The translations under genes were made by a program, and so were the position numbers. A DNA stretch of 64,000 nt from a virus. The notes below the pieces were generated by a model. That model searched no databases and was not told where the DNA came from. It saw only the letters and a program-made list of their open reading frames with translations. Where the stretch lies: positions 1 through 64,000 of IMG/VR virus record IMGVR_UViG_3300017527_000643. The stretch is one strand, 5' to 3'. Within the stretch, counting starts at the first letter, position 1. Each line of letters begins with the position of its first letter. Below, piece by piece: positions 36,453 through 47,043 of this stretch.

Positions 36453-37363
36453 CTAATTTCTAAACTATTCAATAATTTCCAAACTTTAGCTTCAATTTCT
36501 TCGGTAAATTCATAAGGAAATCCTGCTGCACCAGGGTGCCCTCCCCCATCAAAATACTTAGCGATTGCTGCCACGTCAACTTCACCAGTCCTAGCGCGTA
36601 ACGAGCACGAGTTTATAATGGGGTTGATGACACAAATATAATTCAGATCCTCAGAAGCTGGGTGGTCTAGGGCTGCGTGCCCTATTTCTGAAATGTAATC
36701 GGTAGCGAATATGATCTTGAATTTATTTCTGAATCCGTCTGCGTACAGCCGTGTTCTTTCTAGCTGTGTCCTAATTACTTGGGATACATAGCGTTTTTTG
36801 CGGGCAATCAAATACCCTATGATGGTCTTGAATGGTTCTTTAGTATCGGCGTCTAGGCTCTCCAGAAAAGCTTTTACAAATGCATCCTTACCAATAAAGC
36901 CTAACAGGGTGTTCATTTGCTCGGAACGTTCTCTATAGGGAGAATCTAGTTGCCACATATCCCAGGCAGTTACCGTCTTTACAAAATCAAAATATGTTCC
37001 CTGTGTCTTGCCTTCATGAAGAGAAAACAGGATTTCGGTGGCTGATTTGGTTAAATCTACGGTTGCCCATTCATATTTTTTTACCCAGGCACGCGTTTTG
37101 TGATGATCCACTAAAATGACATCCAATCCATTTTTTGCTTCTTTATCAATCAGTAAGGCCGTTTCCTTGGTGGGGCAGATGTCGCAGATTAATAACCTAT
37201 CACCGTTGCTGAACTCTTTGTTTTTTATATAATTTACTATTGCTTCATCTATGTTTTTGTAAGTATGATAGGAAGTAGAAGCAATTTCAAGCCCGGAGGC
37301 TTCAGCGACAATGCGAGAACCTACTGCGTCTAGATCATTATGGAGCTTGAGGTGGTCTGCCAT
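36449..37363 (-). CDS. DHH/DHHA1 phosphoesterase (nanoRNase NrnB-like)
   Basis: HNDLDA, CD, DHH, D.W, SLR, GGGHPGAAG; SD GGAGGT. Confidence 0.9.
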   Translation of the reverse strand: MADHLKLHNDLDAVGSRIVAEASGLEIASTSYHTYKNIDEAIVNYIKNKEFSNGDRLLICDICPTKETALLIDKEAKNGLDVILVDHHKTRAWVKKYEWATVDLTKSATEILFSLHEGKTQGTYFDFVKTVTAWDMWQLDSPYRERSEQMNTLLGFIGKDAFVKAFLESLDADTKEPFKTIIGYLIARKKRYVSQVIRTQLERTRLYADGFRNKFKIIFATDYISEIGHAALDHPASEDLNYICVINPIINSCSLRARTGEVDVAAIAKYFDGGGHPGAAGFPYEFTEEIEAKVWKLLNSLEIS

Positions 37364-37480
37364 ATTAATTTACCTCCCGTTTTATAACATAATACTTTAA
37401 ATCCTAGAATTTCCAAGGAAATTTTTCAGAAGTTAACGTAGGCGGTTCATAGTTGGCTATAGTATACCAGAGGAATTTTT

Positions 37481-37954
37481 ATGGCAGAATCTAAACTAGA
37501 AGACAATGCTTGCCTGTGCGCTTGGGTATCCTTCATTGGGGATTTCCGGGCTACGCTGGAAGCTCTGATTGACAGCAGTATTGCGATCTTTACTACGATC
37601 AAAGTTACGTTGGCTTTGGTTCCTACGAACCTCACTGACCAGTTGAAGAAGCTGCGTTATGAAGCTGAGCTAGCTGTGATAGAGCAGGTAATAGCAGTCA
37701 TTGAAGCTCCTCTAGGCTACGTGGGGCGCTATGCGCGACCTTATGCTGATTGTGACCCTGTGTCGTCGCTTATCGTAGCTAATAATAAAGTACGGGAATT
37801 TTTGACTGCAGACGTTGAAGAACGGCGATTTGAAGTGGAACAGTTTATTGCGGCACTAAACAGAGAAAGCCTAAAGATCGAAGAAATCGATCAGATAATT
37901 GATGTGCTCACAGAAATAAAATCTGCTATAGAAATCTGTGGTGGCGAGGAATAA
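37481..37954 (+). CDS. Hypothetical helical baseplate-region protein
   Basis: 157 aa, GAGG SD. Confidence 0.55.
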   Translation: MAESKLEDNACLCAWVSFIGDFRATLEALIDSSIAIFTTIKVTLALVPTNLTDQLKKLRYEAELAVIEQVIAVIEAPLGYVGRYARPYADCDPVSSLIVANNKVREFLTADVEERRFEVEQFIAALNRESLKIEEIDQIIDVLTEIKSAIEICGGEE

Positions 37955-37956
37955 TT

Positions 37957-38712
37957 ATGAAACTTGACCCTACCGTTCAATATGATTTGGGAGTTAATTT
38001 TAAACAAGAGATAACTGGATTTTCTCCAAAAGCTACCCTTACACTTACTCCGACAGGTGATCTTCAATTTATTAATGGAAAAAGTAAACTTGTAACACAA
38101 TTAATGCGGGCGCTTGTAAACGAAAAGGTAGGTTTACCACTAAATATTCCTGCGGACACATCTGGAAGACAACTACAAACATTGATTTCCCTAATTTTGA
38201 GAAATTTCAAACGCATTCAAGTGGAAGAAACGGATCTTATAAACCCTAATTTTATTGGATACACAATATATAGACGGGGTGGTCCTGTTGACTTTAGTGG
38301 AGATACCTCAGATACATTTGTTAAAATATCTAAAAGTGAAGTGACCCACAGATTTTCAGATCTAAACTTAGAAAATGGAAGTGTTTATGAATATGGTATA
38401 TCAAAAACTTTTAGAAGAGGTGCAGTGTCGCCGCAGGTTGAGCAGATTAACGTTACTCCATCGCAGTTTTTGACTAACCAAAAAATTGTAATTGGAACTA
38501 ACATAGTTGGAATTCCTGGTAATGAATCAGTGACTTTATATGTAAATACAAATAGGCTATATAAGAAATCTGAATTGTTAGAAACTATTGAAGAAATTAA
38601 AACTTATATAGATGAAACGGAACCAAGAAGAATGCTTGTTGATATAGAGATTCGTAATCTGCTCGATGAATTTGTTAGTTTGGCTGTTGGAAGGCAGAAT
38701 CAAATATCTTAA
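37957..38712 (+). CDS. Baseplate wedge gp25/gpW-like protein with FN3-like insertion
   Basis: GDLQFING..KL..Q; GYTIYR...F.D..LENG..YEY insertion; C-terminal EPRR..V. Confidence 0.6.
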   Translation: MKLDPTVQYDLGVNFKQEITGFSPKATLTLTPTGDLQFINGKSKLVTQLMRALVNEKVGLPLNIPADTSGRQLQTLISLILRNFKRIQVEETDLINPNFIGYTIYRRGGPVDFSGDTSDTFVKISKSEVTHRFSDLNLENGSVYEYGISKTFRRGAVSPQVEQINVTPSQFLTNQKIVIGTNIVGIPGNESVTLYVNTNRLYKKSELLETIEEIKTYIDETEPRRMLVDIEIRNLLDEFVSLAVGRQNQIS

Positions 38713-38721
38713 GAGGTAACC

Positions 38722-40137
38722 ATGGTACAATTCAAATCAAAAGAGACTGTCTTAGGCGAGCTTCAAACATTTTTGAAAGCCTATAATAGGCAGATTGATA
38801 CTGGACAAAACAGTCTTACTAAAGATTTTGTACTGCTTCCACAAGCGGTTGGTGGCTCTTTAGTTTTTGACCAGATTGAAACAGTCAATGATCAATTCAT
38901 TTTGTCGCAACAAGACACTGCCGAACTAAATTTAGAAGGAACCAATTATAAATTAGAAAGGTCTGCTGGAACATTTGCAATAGTTACTGCTACCTTTTAC
39001 ACGGAAACTATTCCTACCTCTGACATTTTTATTCCTGCAGGTACTCAAATACAAACAGTCGGTACATCATTTGTTTCTCCAGTGGTTTTTGAAACAGTAG
39101 CTGATTACTCCTTAGCAGTATCTGCCATTACCGACTTTTTTTCTTATGACCGCAACAGATATGAATTTCCCGTGCTATGTACAGCAGAAGAGACTGGATC
39201 GGATAGTAATGTTGGTACAGGCACCGTTATTACTATTTCAGGATCAATAACACAGATATCGGGAGTAACGAATCTTGCAGCGAGCAGCGGCGGTTCTGAT
39301 GCAGAATCAAATGAGGATTTTAGAGCTAGAATTCAGGCAACTAAAACAGGAAGAGATTTAAACACGGTCAATGGGATTACTGCCTATGTAGAATCAGCAG
39401 GATTTATTGATGCGCATGCGGTACGCGTTGAAGATGCTGATTCTGAAAGAGCTACTGGAATCGATGTGTTTATTATTGATACATACATAGCTGCAGATAC
39501 CCAAACGTTTACTTATCAAACGAATACCCCCAGATATTATTTTGAAAATCCACCAGTAGTATCAGTTTCTTCTGTCTCATCGTCTATTTCGGGAGTTGTC
39601 AGTACTGCGGATTATGATGTGCGTTTAGATAATTCTACACCATTAAGACGGAGTGCGCTTGCACAAGATTATATTGAAATTAGAGCTTCTGCATCATTAA
39701 CACCTGGAACTACATTTGAAGTTACATATACATATAGAGCAGACATTGCACAGCTTCAAAGCACGTTTGATGAGGATGATAATAATGTGCTTACTGCGGA
39801 TGCGCTAGTGAAGCACGCATACCCGTTGTCGTTCATTATCAATGCCACGCTGACTTTGAAAACTAATGCAGATGGCCCCGCGACTAGAAATAGAGTTAGA
39901 AATGCGTTGATTCAATTTTTGGCAACATACAGGTTGGGGCAAGATATTCAGAAGAGCGATATTATAATCGTACTCCAAGAAGGATACGGCGATTTTGCGG
40001 TGGATTCTGTAGATGCAGTTATAATCAACGAGTACTATCTAGAAGACGAATTTGGAGTTTCATATCTTCCAGTGGACGAAACGATTGCAGTTTCTGACAA
40101 ACAATATGTAATACCTGGGACTTTTACGATACTCTAA
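38722..40137 (+). CDS. Baseplate J/gp6-like wedge protein
   Basis: IPAGT, C.A...G...NV, VTN.....GG.D.ES.E.FR.R. Confidence 0.85.
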   Translation: MVQFKSKETVLGELQTFLKAYNRQIDTGQNSLTKDFVLLPQAVGGSLVFDQIETVNDQFILSQQDTAELNLEGTNYKLERSAGTFAIVTATFYTETIPTSDIFIPAGTQIQTVGTSFVSPVVFETVADYSLAVSAITDFFSYDRNRYEFPVLCTAEETGSDSNVGTGTVITISGSITQISGVTNLAASSGGSDAESNEDFRARIQATKTGRDLNTVNGITAYVESAGFIDAHAVRVEDADSERATGIDVFIIDTYIAADTQTFTYQTNTPRYYFENPPVVSVSSVSSSISGVVSTADYDVRLDNSTPLRRSALAQDYIEIRASASLTPGTTFEVTYTYRADIAQLQSTFDEDDNNVLTADALVKHAYPLSFIINATLTLKTNADGPATRNRVRNALIQFLATYRLGQDIQKSDIIIVLQEGYGDFAVDSVDAVIINEYYLEDEFGVSYLPVDETIAVSDKQYVIPGTFTIL

Positions 40138-42474
40138 ATGGTAGCCTACACCTCACAAGCAAGCGGCGATTGGTCCAACGCTGGGACGTGGCTTCCTGGT
40201 GGTGGCCCTCCTATTGCTGGGGACACCGCTACGATTGCTGGCACACACATTGTTGAGATTGATGGAGATACTACAGTAGGTACTTCACCAAACAATCAAA
40301 CTACGTTTGTAGTTACTGTTCAAAATCGCGGTACATTAAGGTGGAAAGCCCCACCAACAGGCGATTGGACTTTTGAAGTTCGCGGTAATATGAAGATTGA
40401 TGCAGGAGGCACCTTTCAGATAGGAAAATCTTCAAGCCCTATTCCAAACACGCGGACGGCTACACTTTATTTTCCATCGAATTTATCTTCCACCCACCAT
40501 TGGAGATTGAACAACGATGGTGATGTTGTTATCCACGGTGCACCAGATTACCGCCAGACTTCGGGGGTGCTTCGTGCACGGCTAGTAGGTAATGTTACCG
40601 CAAATCCTGGAACTCCCGTTGCTTTTCAAACAAATATTTCTACGGGCTGGCAAATGGGCGACACAGTATGGGTAGGGACAGGGGCAAGCCCTACAACTGC
40701 ACCTACTGCGTGTGAACAGATTGTGATTGCAACTGCCCCTGGTGCTACTTCTTATACCGCTGATTTTGCCAATGATCATGTGGCTGGTGATGTGGTTGTT
40801 CATGACTCTGGCAATGTACTGATTAGAGGAGGAAGTGCCAGCCCCCTAAAGGGATTAACTTTATATTCAACTTCCAGTACTACGCTTACAGCGGCAAACA
40901 TTAAATACGACATACGGTGGGCACGTTTTCTTTATTGTGCAACGAGCACCACTGACTCACGATCTGCTATATATTTTGCATGCTCACCATCGACAATAAC
41001 CAATGCACATTTTGATCCTAACAATTTCGTACTGGAGGGGTGTATATTTAGCGATCCTGCCACAACTGCAACGCCTGGGAAAGTACTCTATTTTCAGTGC
41101 ACCCTTGATTTGGAAGATCAGCACACTATGATGGATAATTGCCATTGTTGGGATCACTATACCCTAGTTGAGCTTGCAAGTAATGTAAAAGGAAGACCTG
41201 TCATACACGATTGCAGTGCTATAGAAATGTTCGACGCTGGTATCCTTGCTGAATCATCTAATTTGGGGTTGTATGTAGATGGGTTTATATACGTATCGGA
41301 TTCTACGTGGTCAGGTAGTGGTCGAATCGGAATTGAGGGGTGGGTCAGATCAGTAGTGAACACAGAAATTCATAGAGGATATCACGGAATAAGTATAACT
41401 GATAGTGGCGTTCAAACCACACCTGAGTTGATGCTTTTTCGCAATGTTAAGATCTACAATGCTTATTACTCTGCAGTCACGCATCCTGACGCTCGTCGTG
41501 TGAGCATGATGTTTGATACTTGCGAAATTTACAACAATAGACAGAACGGCCTACAGTTTTCTGGAACTCATGGAAGAATAGAAATTCTAAATTCCTCATT
41601 TGATGATTGTGGAAATGCTGCCTCTAATAAGGGCGCTGTTTATATGACCGGGAAGCCCCGATTGTTACGTTTCCATACCTGTACTTTCGGATTAAACGAT
41701 AGAAACAACAATAACAATGTGCATATAGGGGGTACGCAGCTAGGTACAGGAGATTACCGGATTATTGCAGAGAACTGCACATTCAAAGAACCCGCGAATT
41801 GGGTTGCTGGATCGTACCGATGGGCTACAGATGTACATAAGTGGGCGCTTTCATTGGGTGGAGAAAGCAGCGCAGGAGATTGGCGCACACGCATGGACCA
41901 GACGCCCAATGTTTCTGCAGAGTATGTTGATTGTGGGGTCTTAGACTATTCCGATGTAGACCAGTGGCCAGTTCAATATCCGAATGTTACTCGATTAGCG
42001 GTCGGTGCTGGGGGTGGTGAAATTAGAAACGAAACGACTGAGATAATTGACAATACATTCCCAGCAGTCAAGCTACTACCATTTGGTCCTGCCATAGATT
42101 TTATTACAAGACACCGTTCAATATTGCTCCCGTTGACCGCAGGCCAGACGCTGACGGTTACATTATCTATGAAGAAAACAGCAGATGGCTTAGCCTACCT
42201 TCCTGGGATATTCTTGGAAGGACTTGGGATTAATGATGAATCACGCATGACTGCCGCATTGTTAAACACATGGGAAGAACTATCTGTTACTGGAACCGCT
42301 CAGTGGACTGGTGTGGCTGAATTTTACATATCAGGCGGTTCGAATGTAAATGACCCTTCTGTAACGTTTGGCGATGACTACTATTCACCACCAGATCCAA
42401 CCGTCCCTGCGGATTGGGATACCATGTTCGGTTGCAAAGTTTATGCTGATGGGTTCAGCATTACGGTGACGTAA
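40138..42474 (+). CDS. Tail spike/adhesin A1 (G8-like domain + right-handed beta-helix)
   Basis: SGDWS..TW..G..P..GD..TI...H.V; parallel beta-helix repeats; paralog of 42475-45240. Confidence 0.65.
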   Translation: MVAYTSQASGDWSNAGTWLPGGGPPIAGDTATIAGTHIVEIDGDTTVGTSPNNQTTFVVTVQNRGTLRWKAPPTGDWTFEVRGNMKIDAGGTFQIGKSSSPIPNTRTATLYFPSNLSSTHHWRLNNDGDVVIHGAPDYRQTSGVLRARLVGNVTANPGTPVAFQTNISTGWQMGDTVWVGTGASPTTAPTACEQIVIATAPGATSYTADFANDHVAGDVVVHDSGNVLIRGGSASPLKGLTLYSTSSTTLTAANIKYDIRWARFLYCATSTTDSRSAIYFACSPSTITNAHFDPNNFVLEGCIFSDPATTATPGKVLYFQCTLDLEDQHTMMDNCHCWDHYTLVELASNVKGRPVIHDCSAIEMFDAGILAESSNLGLYVDGFIYVSDSTWSGSGRIGIEGWVRSVVNTEIHRGYHGISITDSGVQTTPELMLFRNVKIYNAYYSAVTHPDARRVSMMFDTCEIYNNRQNGLQFSGTHGRIEILNSSFDDCGNAASNKGAVYMTGKPRLLRFHTCTFGLNDRNNNNNVHIGGTQLGTGDYRIIAENCTFKEPANWVAGSYRWATDVHKWALSLGGESSAGDWRTRMDQTPNVSAEYVDCGVLDYSDVDQWPVQYPNVTRLAVGAGGGEIRNETTEIIDNTFPAVKLLPFGPAIDFITRHRSILLPLTAGQTLTVTLSMKKTADGLAYLPGIFLEGLGINDESRMTAALLNTWEELSVTGTAQWTGVAEFYISGGSNVNDPSVTFGDDYYSPPDPTVPADWDTMFGCKVYADGFSITVT

Positions 42475-45240
42475 ATGGTTGCTTACGTATCCAATACATT
42501 GGCGAGTAGTGGAATATGGAATAACCCATTATCATGGCTACCCGTTGGCGTACCTGCACTCGGAGATTCGGCGCTAATTCAGGCAAATCATACCATAGAA
42601 ATAACAGCTAATCATTCGATTGGTACCGACCCCAATGCTGATATGGGCGGTAGTCCTGGTGCGTGGACGAATGCTGATCTTATTGTTTATGGTTTGTTGA
42701 AGTGGGCGGATAACCCAGGTGCGAACCTTACACTTTTAGTTCAAACTAACGTAGTTTTAGATGGTGCAACGGGTGGGGGCTTAGGTCGTTTTAGAATTGG
42801 GCAGAGTGCAGGAAGCCCCCTACCATCGAATAGAACTGCAACAGTACACTTTACAAGTTTAGCTGGATACCAATATCGAATGCACATTTGGCACGGGGAA
42901 TTTGTGACACATGGTGCGGTTGCATACCATATGGCAGATGCTACAAGCCAGCGTACAAAGTTAACGGCTGCTCCGACTACGATTAGTCAATCCGCTAATC
43001 AGGTTGCAGTAGCAGATGATGGGGGGGCGCTTACTACTGAAACTGTGGAAGCAAATGACGCCACGGCCAATGATATGACACTACTGCCTGCAGTTCCTGC
43101 AATGAACGACGCATATTATTGGGGAGATGATGGTAAATTTGCTAAATTGGTGCTCAATCAAGGAACAGCCGGGGCTGGTACTTGGACGATTTATTGGGAA
43201 TATTATAATGGAGTAGCTTGGAATAGAATATTAACTCCTGATGGTAATAATCAATCATATGCATTTAAATCTTCTGGAACGCAAACTATTGAATGGCAAA
43301 TACCTGGAGATTGGATAAAGACTTCGGTAAACGGCATTAGCGCTTATTGGATTCGTGCGCGTGTAAATTCATACTCAGCGGTCACAACACAACCATTGGG
43401 TACACAATCTTGGCCATATATATCGGATGCTCCAACTATTTCTTTAGATGACGCTGTAGATTGGTCTGTGGGGGATGAGCTTGTTGTTGGTCAGGGAGGG
43501 GATAAGACCGCTGTTATGTGGACTGCTCCTGGTCCTACACAATCGGGCGATTGGGGAATAGAAAAAACAACAATTACGGGTAAAACAGACGCATCAAATT
43601 ACACATTGGATAGTTTAGCATTTGACCATCAAGCAGGCGATTTTGTGATTCAGTTGGATCGTAATATTATAATAAAAGGAGATGCGATCTTACGTGGATT
43701 CGTAATTTATGTTCCTAACCACTCTGGTACAGATGATTGGGTAATAGATATTAATTGGACAAAGTTTCAATTTATCGGAAGAAGTTCCCCCCCAACAACT
43801 TCTGCGGGTTTTAATATTAATCAGGCGATACTCACTGATGGAAATTTAAATATAAAAGATACTGTTCTAGATACATGTGCAGGAGGCCAGCCACCTAGTC
43901 TTGGTCGGGTGCTACTCATGAATGACTGCACATGCAAAGCAACAACTGATTTGTGTGATGAACTTCATTTTGTTTTAGCACAAGAAGGCATTCTGAACAA
44001 TAACTGCGACGGTCGATTCCCGTATGGACATCTTTCATTTATAGGTATTTTTGAAACATGTGTTACGAACACCTCTGCATTAGATTTGCAAAGTTTTTGG
44101 TCTTCTAATCTTGCTAGAAATCCTGCGTCAGCTAACCAGTATACATTTTCAGGAAATGCTGGAACCGTTCGTGTGTATAGTGGAGAACATCACTGCGGGG
44201 CTGGCGTAGCAGAAATGTCTACAGGAACAACCTATGATAAATTCGGTGGCATTTTTGAAAATATAAAAGCTTATCATAGCAGGTTGCGTGGAATTACTAT
44301 AAATAGCCATGCTTTAATTTTTTTCATACGTAACTGCGAATTCTATAATGGATCGGTTGGAATATACATAATATCTGATGATAATTGTATGACAATTGTA
44401 GAAAATACTTCATTTGATGATTGTGACACAGAGGCAAGCAATACAGGTGCAGTTGTTGTTGCTAGCGATATGAACATGAAATTTAGAAACTGCACTTTTG
44501 GTACTGTAACAAGAAATTTTCATAATATGATTTTTACCGCTACAGCCCCTTGGATAAATAATGGCGGTACATGCGTTTTTGAAAATTGCATTATTAAAGA
44601 ACCTACCTATTCAACGGCTGTCGCAGGCCCAGATTGGGGCATCCGTCAATGGATCTGGTGGGAAAGTAATTTGGACGATTATGATGATCTAAGTCTTTGG
44701 AATAGGATGTGTGCATATGAATTAGCTGATGTTCAATTGTTGAATAGCAGCGGCGTAAACCAATGGTCTACATTATTCGGGACTGCTTCTCGTGTGATTA
44801 TTTCTGGCGGGCGTGGGGAAGTGCACCAAGAAGCAAGCACTATCATCGATAATTCGTTTGCGATTAAGCTAATTCCGTTTAGTTGCGTAGCTGAATTTTC
44901 AGGAACCCACTATCATCCATTGGAAATCCCGGTGGATTCCGGTCAAACAATTACTGTGAAGCTGTCATTGCAAAAGAACACATCGCTTCCAACCGGGCGG
45001 CGTCCAGCAATTCACCTGTTTGGTTTGGGAATCGATGAAGAATCAGAGATGTCGAATGTGAATAATAGCTGGGAAGAATTGACTGTATCAGGAACAGCAT
45101 CTGTTAGTGGTTTTGTACGTTTTTGGGTGAGTGGCGGGTATAACACTCATGATAGTTCGAGCCTTGATAATTTTTTACGGTCTGATCCATTAGGCACCGT
45201 GTTTGCCTACGCTGATGGATTAGATGTGACAATTAGCTAG
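42475..45240 (+). CDS. Tail spike/adhesin A2 (G8-like + inserted CBM-like domain + beta-helix)
   Basis: Shares N- and C-termini with A1; extra W.YYNG..W...YWIRAR jelly-roll insert. Confidence 0.65.
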   Translation: MVAYVSNTLASSGIWNNPLSWLPVGVPALGDSALIQANHTIEITANHSIGTDPNADMGGSPGAWTNADLIVYGLLKWADNPGANLTLLVQTNVVLDGATGGGLGRFRIGQSAGSPLPSNRTATVHFTSLAGYQYRMHIWHGEFVTHGAVAYHMADATSQRTKLTAAPTTISQSANQVAVADDGGALTTETVEANDATANDMTLLPAVPAMNDAYYWGDDGKFAKLVLNQGTAGAGTWTIYWEYYNGVAWNRILTPDGNNQSYAFKSSGTQTIEWQIPGDWIKTSVNGISAYWIRARVNSYSAVTTQPLGTQSWPYISDAPTISLDDAVDWSVGDELVVGQGGDKTAVMWTAPGPTQSGDWGIEKTTITGKTDASNYTLDSLAFDHQAGDFVIQLDRNIIIKGDAILRGFVIYVPNHSGTDDWVIDINWTKFQFIGRSSPPTTSAGFNINQAILTDGNLNIKDTVLDTCAGGQPPSLGRVLLMNDCTCKATTDLCDELHFVLAQEGILNNNCDGRFPYGHLSFIGIFETCVTNTSALDLQSFWSSNLARNPASANQYTFSGNAGTVRVYSGEHHCGAGVAEMSTGTTYDKFGGIFENIKAYHSRLRGITINSHALIFFIRNCEFYNGSVGIYIISDDNCMTIVENTSFDDCDTEASNTGAVVVASDMNMKFRNCTFGTVTRNFHNMIFTATAPWINNGGTCVFENCIIKEPTYSTAVAGPDWGIRQWIWWESNLDDYDDLSLWNRMCAYELADVQLLNSSGVNQWSTLFGTASRVIISGGRGEVHQEASTIIDNSFAIKLIPFSCVAEFSGTHYHPLEIPVDSGQTITVKLSLQKNTSLPTGRRPAIHLFGLGIDEESEMSNVNNSWEELTVSGTASVSGFVRFWVSGGYNTHDSSSLDNFLRSDPLGTVFAYADGLDVTIS

Positions 45241-45248
45241 AGGTTATT

Positions 45249-47030
45249 TTGGTAGACTGGCGCGGAGCACACCCGTTTTATCTTTGGTTTTCTGAAACGG
45301 GTTTATTTGACGGCGGATTCCCTATGGGAACCGGCTCGTTTGCCTATCCGTCGCTAGTGCTTTCTCCTACAAGCCTGACTTTCAATGCTGTACTCACGCG
45401 GGCTGACCCGCAGATACAGACTGTTCAAGTAACTAATGGTGGAGGAGGCACCCTAAATAACATTTCAATTTCAGAAGGAGCAGATTGGCTTGTAGTTTGG
45501 ATTGGTGGGAGCGGTGACACTCAGCGGATAATGAACCGCGTAGATATCGAAGGACTTGAGCTAGGAACATACACAGCAACTGTGACTGTTTCTTGTAGCA
45601 ATGCTGATAACTCTCCAATTACTTATTTAGTAACTCTGACTATTGGTATTCATGCTGATTCTACACCACTGGAACCAAGCATTATTATCTGGGTTGCTAC
45701 AACGGGCAACGACACTACAGGAACAGGATCGCAGACCAATCCATATTTGACAATTGAAAGAGCGCTTCAAGATTTTGTTAGTGGTAGCCAAATTCGTATC
45801 GTGCAGGGGACATATACTCCAACGGATACAATTGCGATTAACAATTTAGAGGGATCGATATTCTCGGAAACGCCTGGTGGAGCAATAATTCAACCACAAA
45901 TGACTTCGCAGTATGGGGCAGCAATTGCAATAACAAACTCGTCTAGATTTACAGTGCAGGGTGTACATATAAAGCAATCAACAGAAACAGTCACAGCAAC
46001 TTCAGTTCCTAATACCGTTGGGTTGTATGCAACTGCTGTTCAAAACTTTGTGGCGCATACAGTTACTGTTTCAGATTTCTCTTGCCCATCTGGTTGTGCA
46101 GGGATCTGGGCAATAGGATCTGGCCGCATACAGGATTGTGTGATTGAAGATATAACCATTGATAATGGAGATCTTTACGGAATTTACGCAAATGGGATCA
46201 GTGTTATAGATAATACTGTTAGGAGATTGATAGATAGAGGAAATAGCAGCGCTTCGGGGATATACGTAATAAATGACTATACACCACCTAGTCCTACACC
46301 TACGCCCCCTTCTGGTCCTTTTGGCGGTCACGCAACTCTAACTAACGATTTGGTCCTTTATTATATGTGTAATGATGATGCTGCTAATACAACTGTTCTA
46401 GATTCAACTCCAAATAATTATGATGCAGCGTCGTTACATGATACTGATGAAATGGCAGATGTTGACGCGCCCGCTGGTGCATCAAATTCATTTTCAACTA
46501 AATTTGCAGTTATTGGAAAACATTCTTGGACAATACCAAACATTTCAGGCGAATGGAATAATGATGCAACTGATGAAGCAACTTTAGTATTGTGGCTAAA
46601 GTTAGTCGATGCAACACCGTCAGCAACAACGAGAACTGGCATTTGTCATTTGTCAACCGGTATTGGTTCAGCATCTGTTTACCCATGGACTGATGGTAAA
46701 CTCTACATGGGACAATTTCATAATGTGCGTGCAGACGCAATTGTGCCAGATGCAACAGTTGATCGTGAAACTTGGCATATGTTAACAATTACTGAAAAAA
46801 GTGGTACTGGAAATTATAAATGGTATCAAAATTTGATTGAAATTCTTTCGACTGGTGGTGTCGGTTTTATAGGAGGTAGGTTAGATAGTGCCGGTTTGCT
46901 ATTTGGAAAATCCAATGGTCCTTATTATTTTGATGGGAACATGATGGGAATAGGTATTTGGAACAGAGTTTTGACGACTCAGGAAAGAACTGATCTGTAC
47001 AACGGTGGAGATGGTTTATTTTATAGCTAG
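45249..47030 (+). CDS. Adhesin B1: BACON/Ig + DUF1565-like beta-helix + LamG
   Basis: LSPTSLTF...TNGGGGTL...ADWL...GTYTATVTV (BACON); TGND.TG.GS..NPYLTI; GIWNRVLT..E...LYN.G (LamG). Confidence 0.7.
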   Translation: MVDWRGAHPFYLWFSETGLFDGGFPMGTGSFAYPSLVLSPTSLTFNAVLTRADPQIQTVQVTNGGGGTLNNISISEGADWLVVWIGGSGDTQRIMNRVDIEGLELGTYTATVTVSCSNADNSPITYLVTLTIGIHADSTPLEPSIIIWVATTGNDTTGTGSQTNPYLTIERALQDFVSGSQIRIVQGTYTPTDTIAINNLEGSIFSETPGGAIIQPQMTSQYGAAIAITNSSRFTVQGVHIKQSTETVTATSVPNTVGLYATAVQNFVAHTVTVSDFSCPSGCAGIWAIGSGRIQDCVIEDITIDNGDLYGIYANGISVIDNTVRRLIDRGNSSASGIYVINDYTPPSPTPTPPSGPFGGHATLTNDLVLYYMCNDDAANTTVLDSTPNNYDAASLHDTDEMADVDAPAGASNSFSTKFAVIGKHSWTIPNISGEWNNDATDEATLVLWLKLVDATPSATTRTGICHLSTGIGSASVYPWTDGKLYMGQFHNVRADAIVPDATVDRETWHMLTITEKSGTGNYKWYQNLIEILSTGGVGFIGGRLDSAGLLFGKSNGPYYFDGNMMGIGIWNRVLTTQERTDLYNGGDGLFYS

Positions 47031-47043
47031 AAGGTTTATATAG

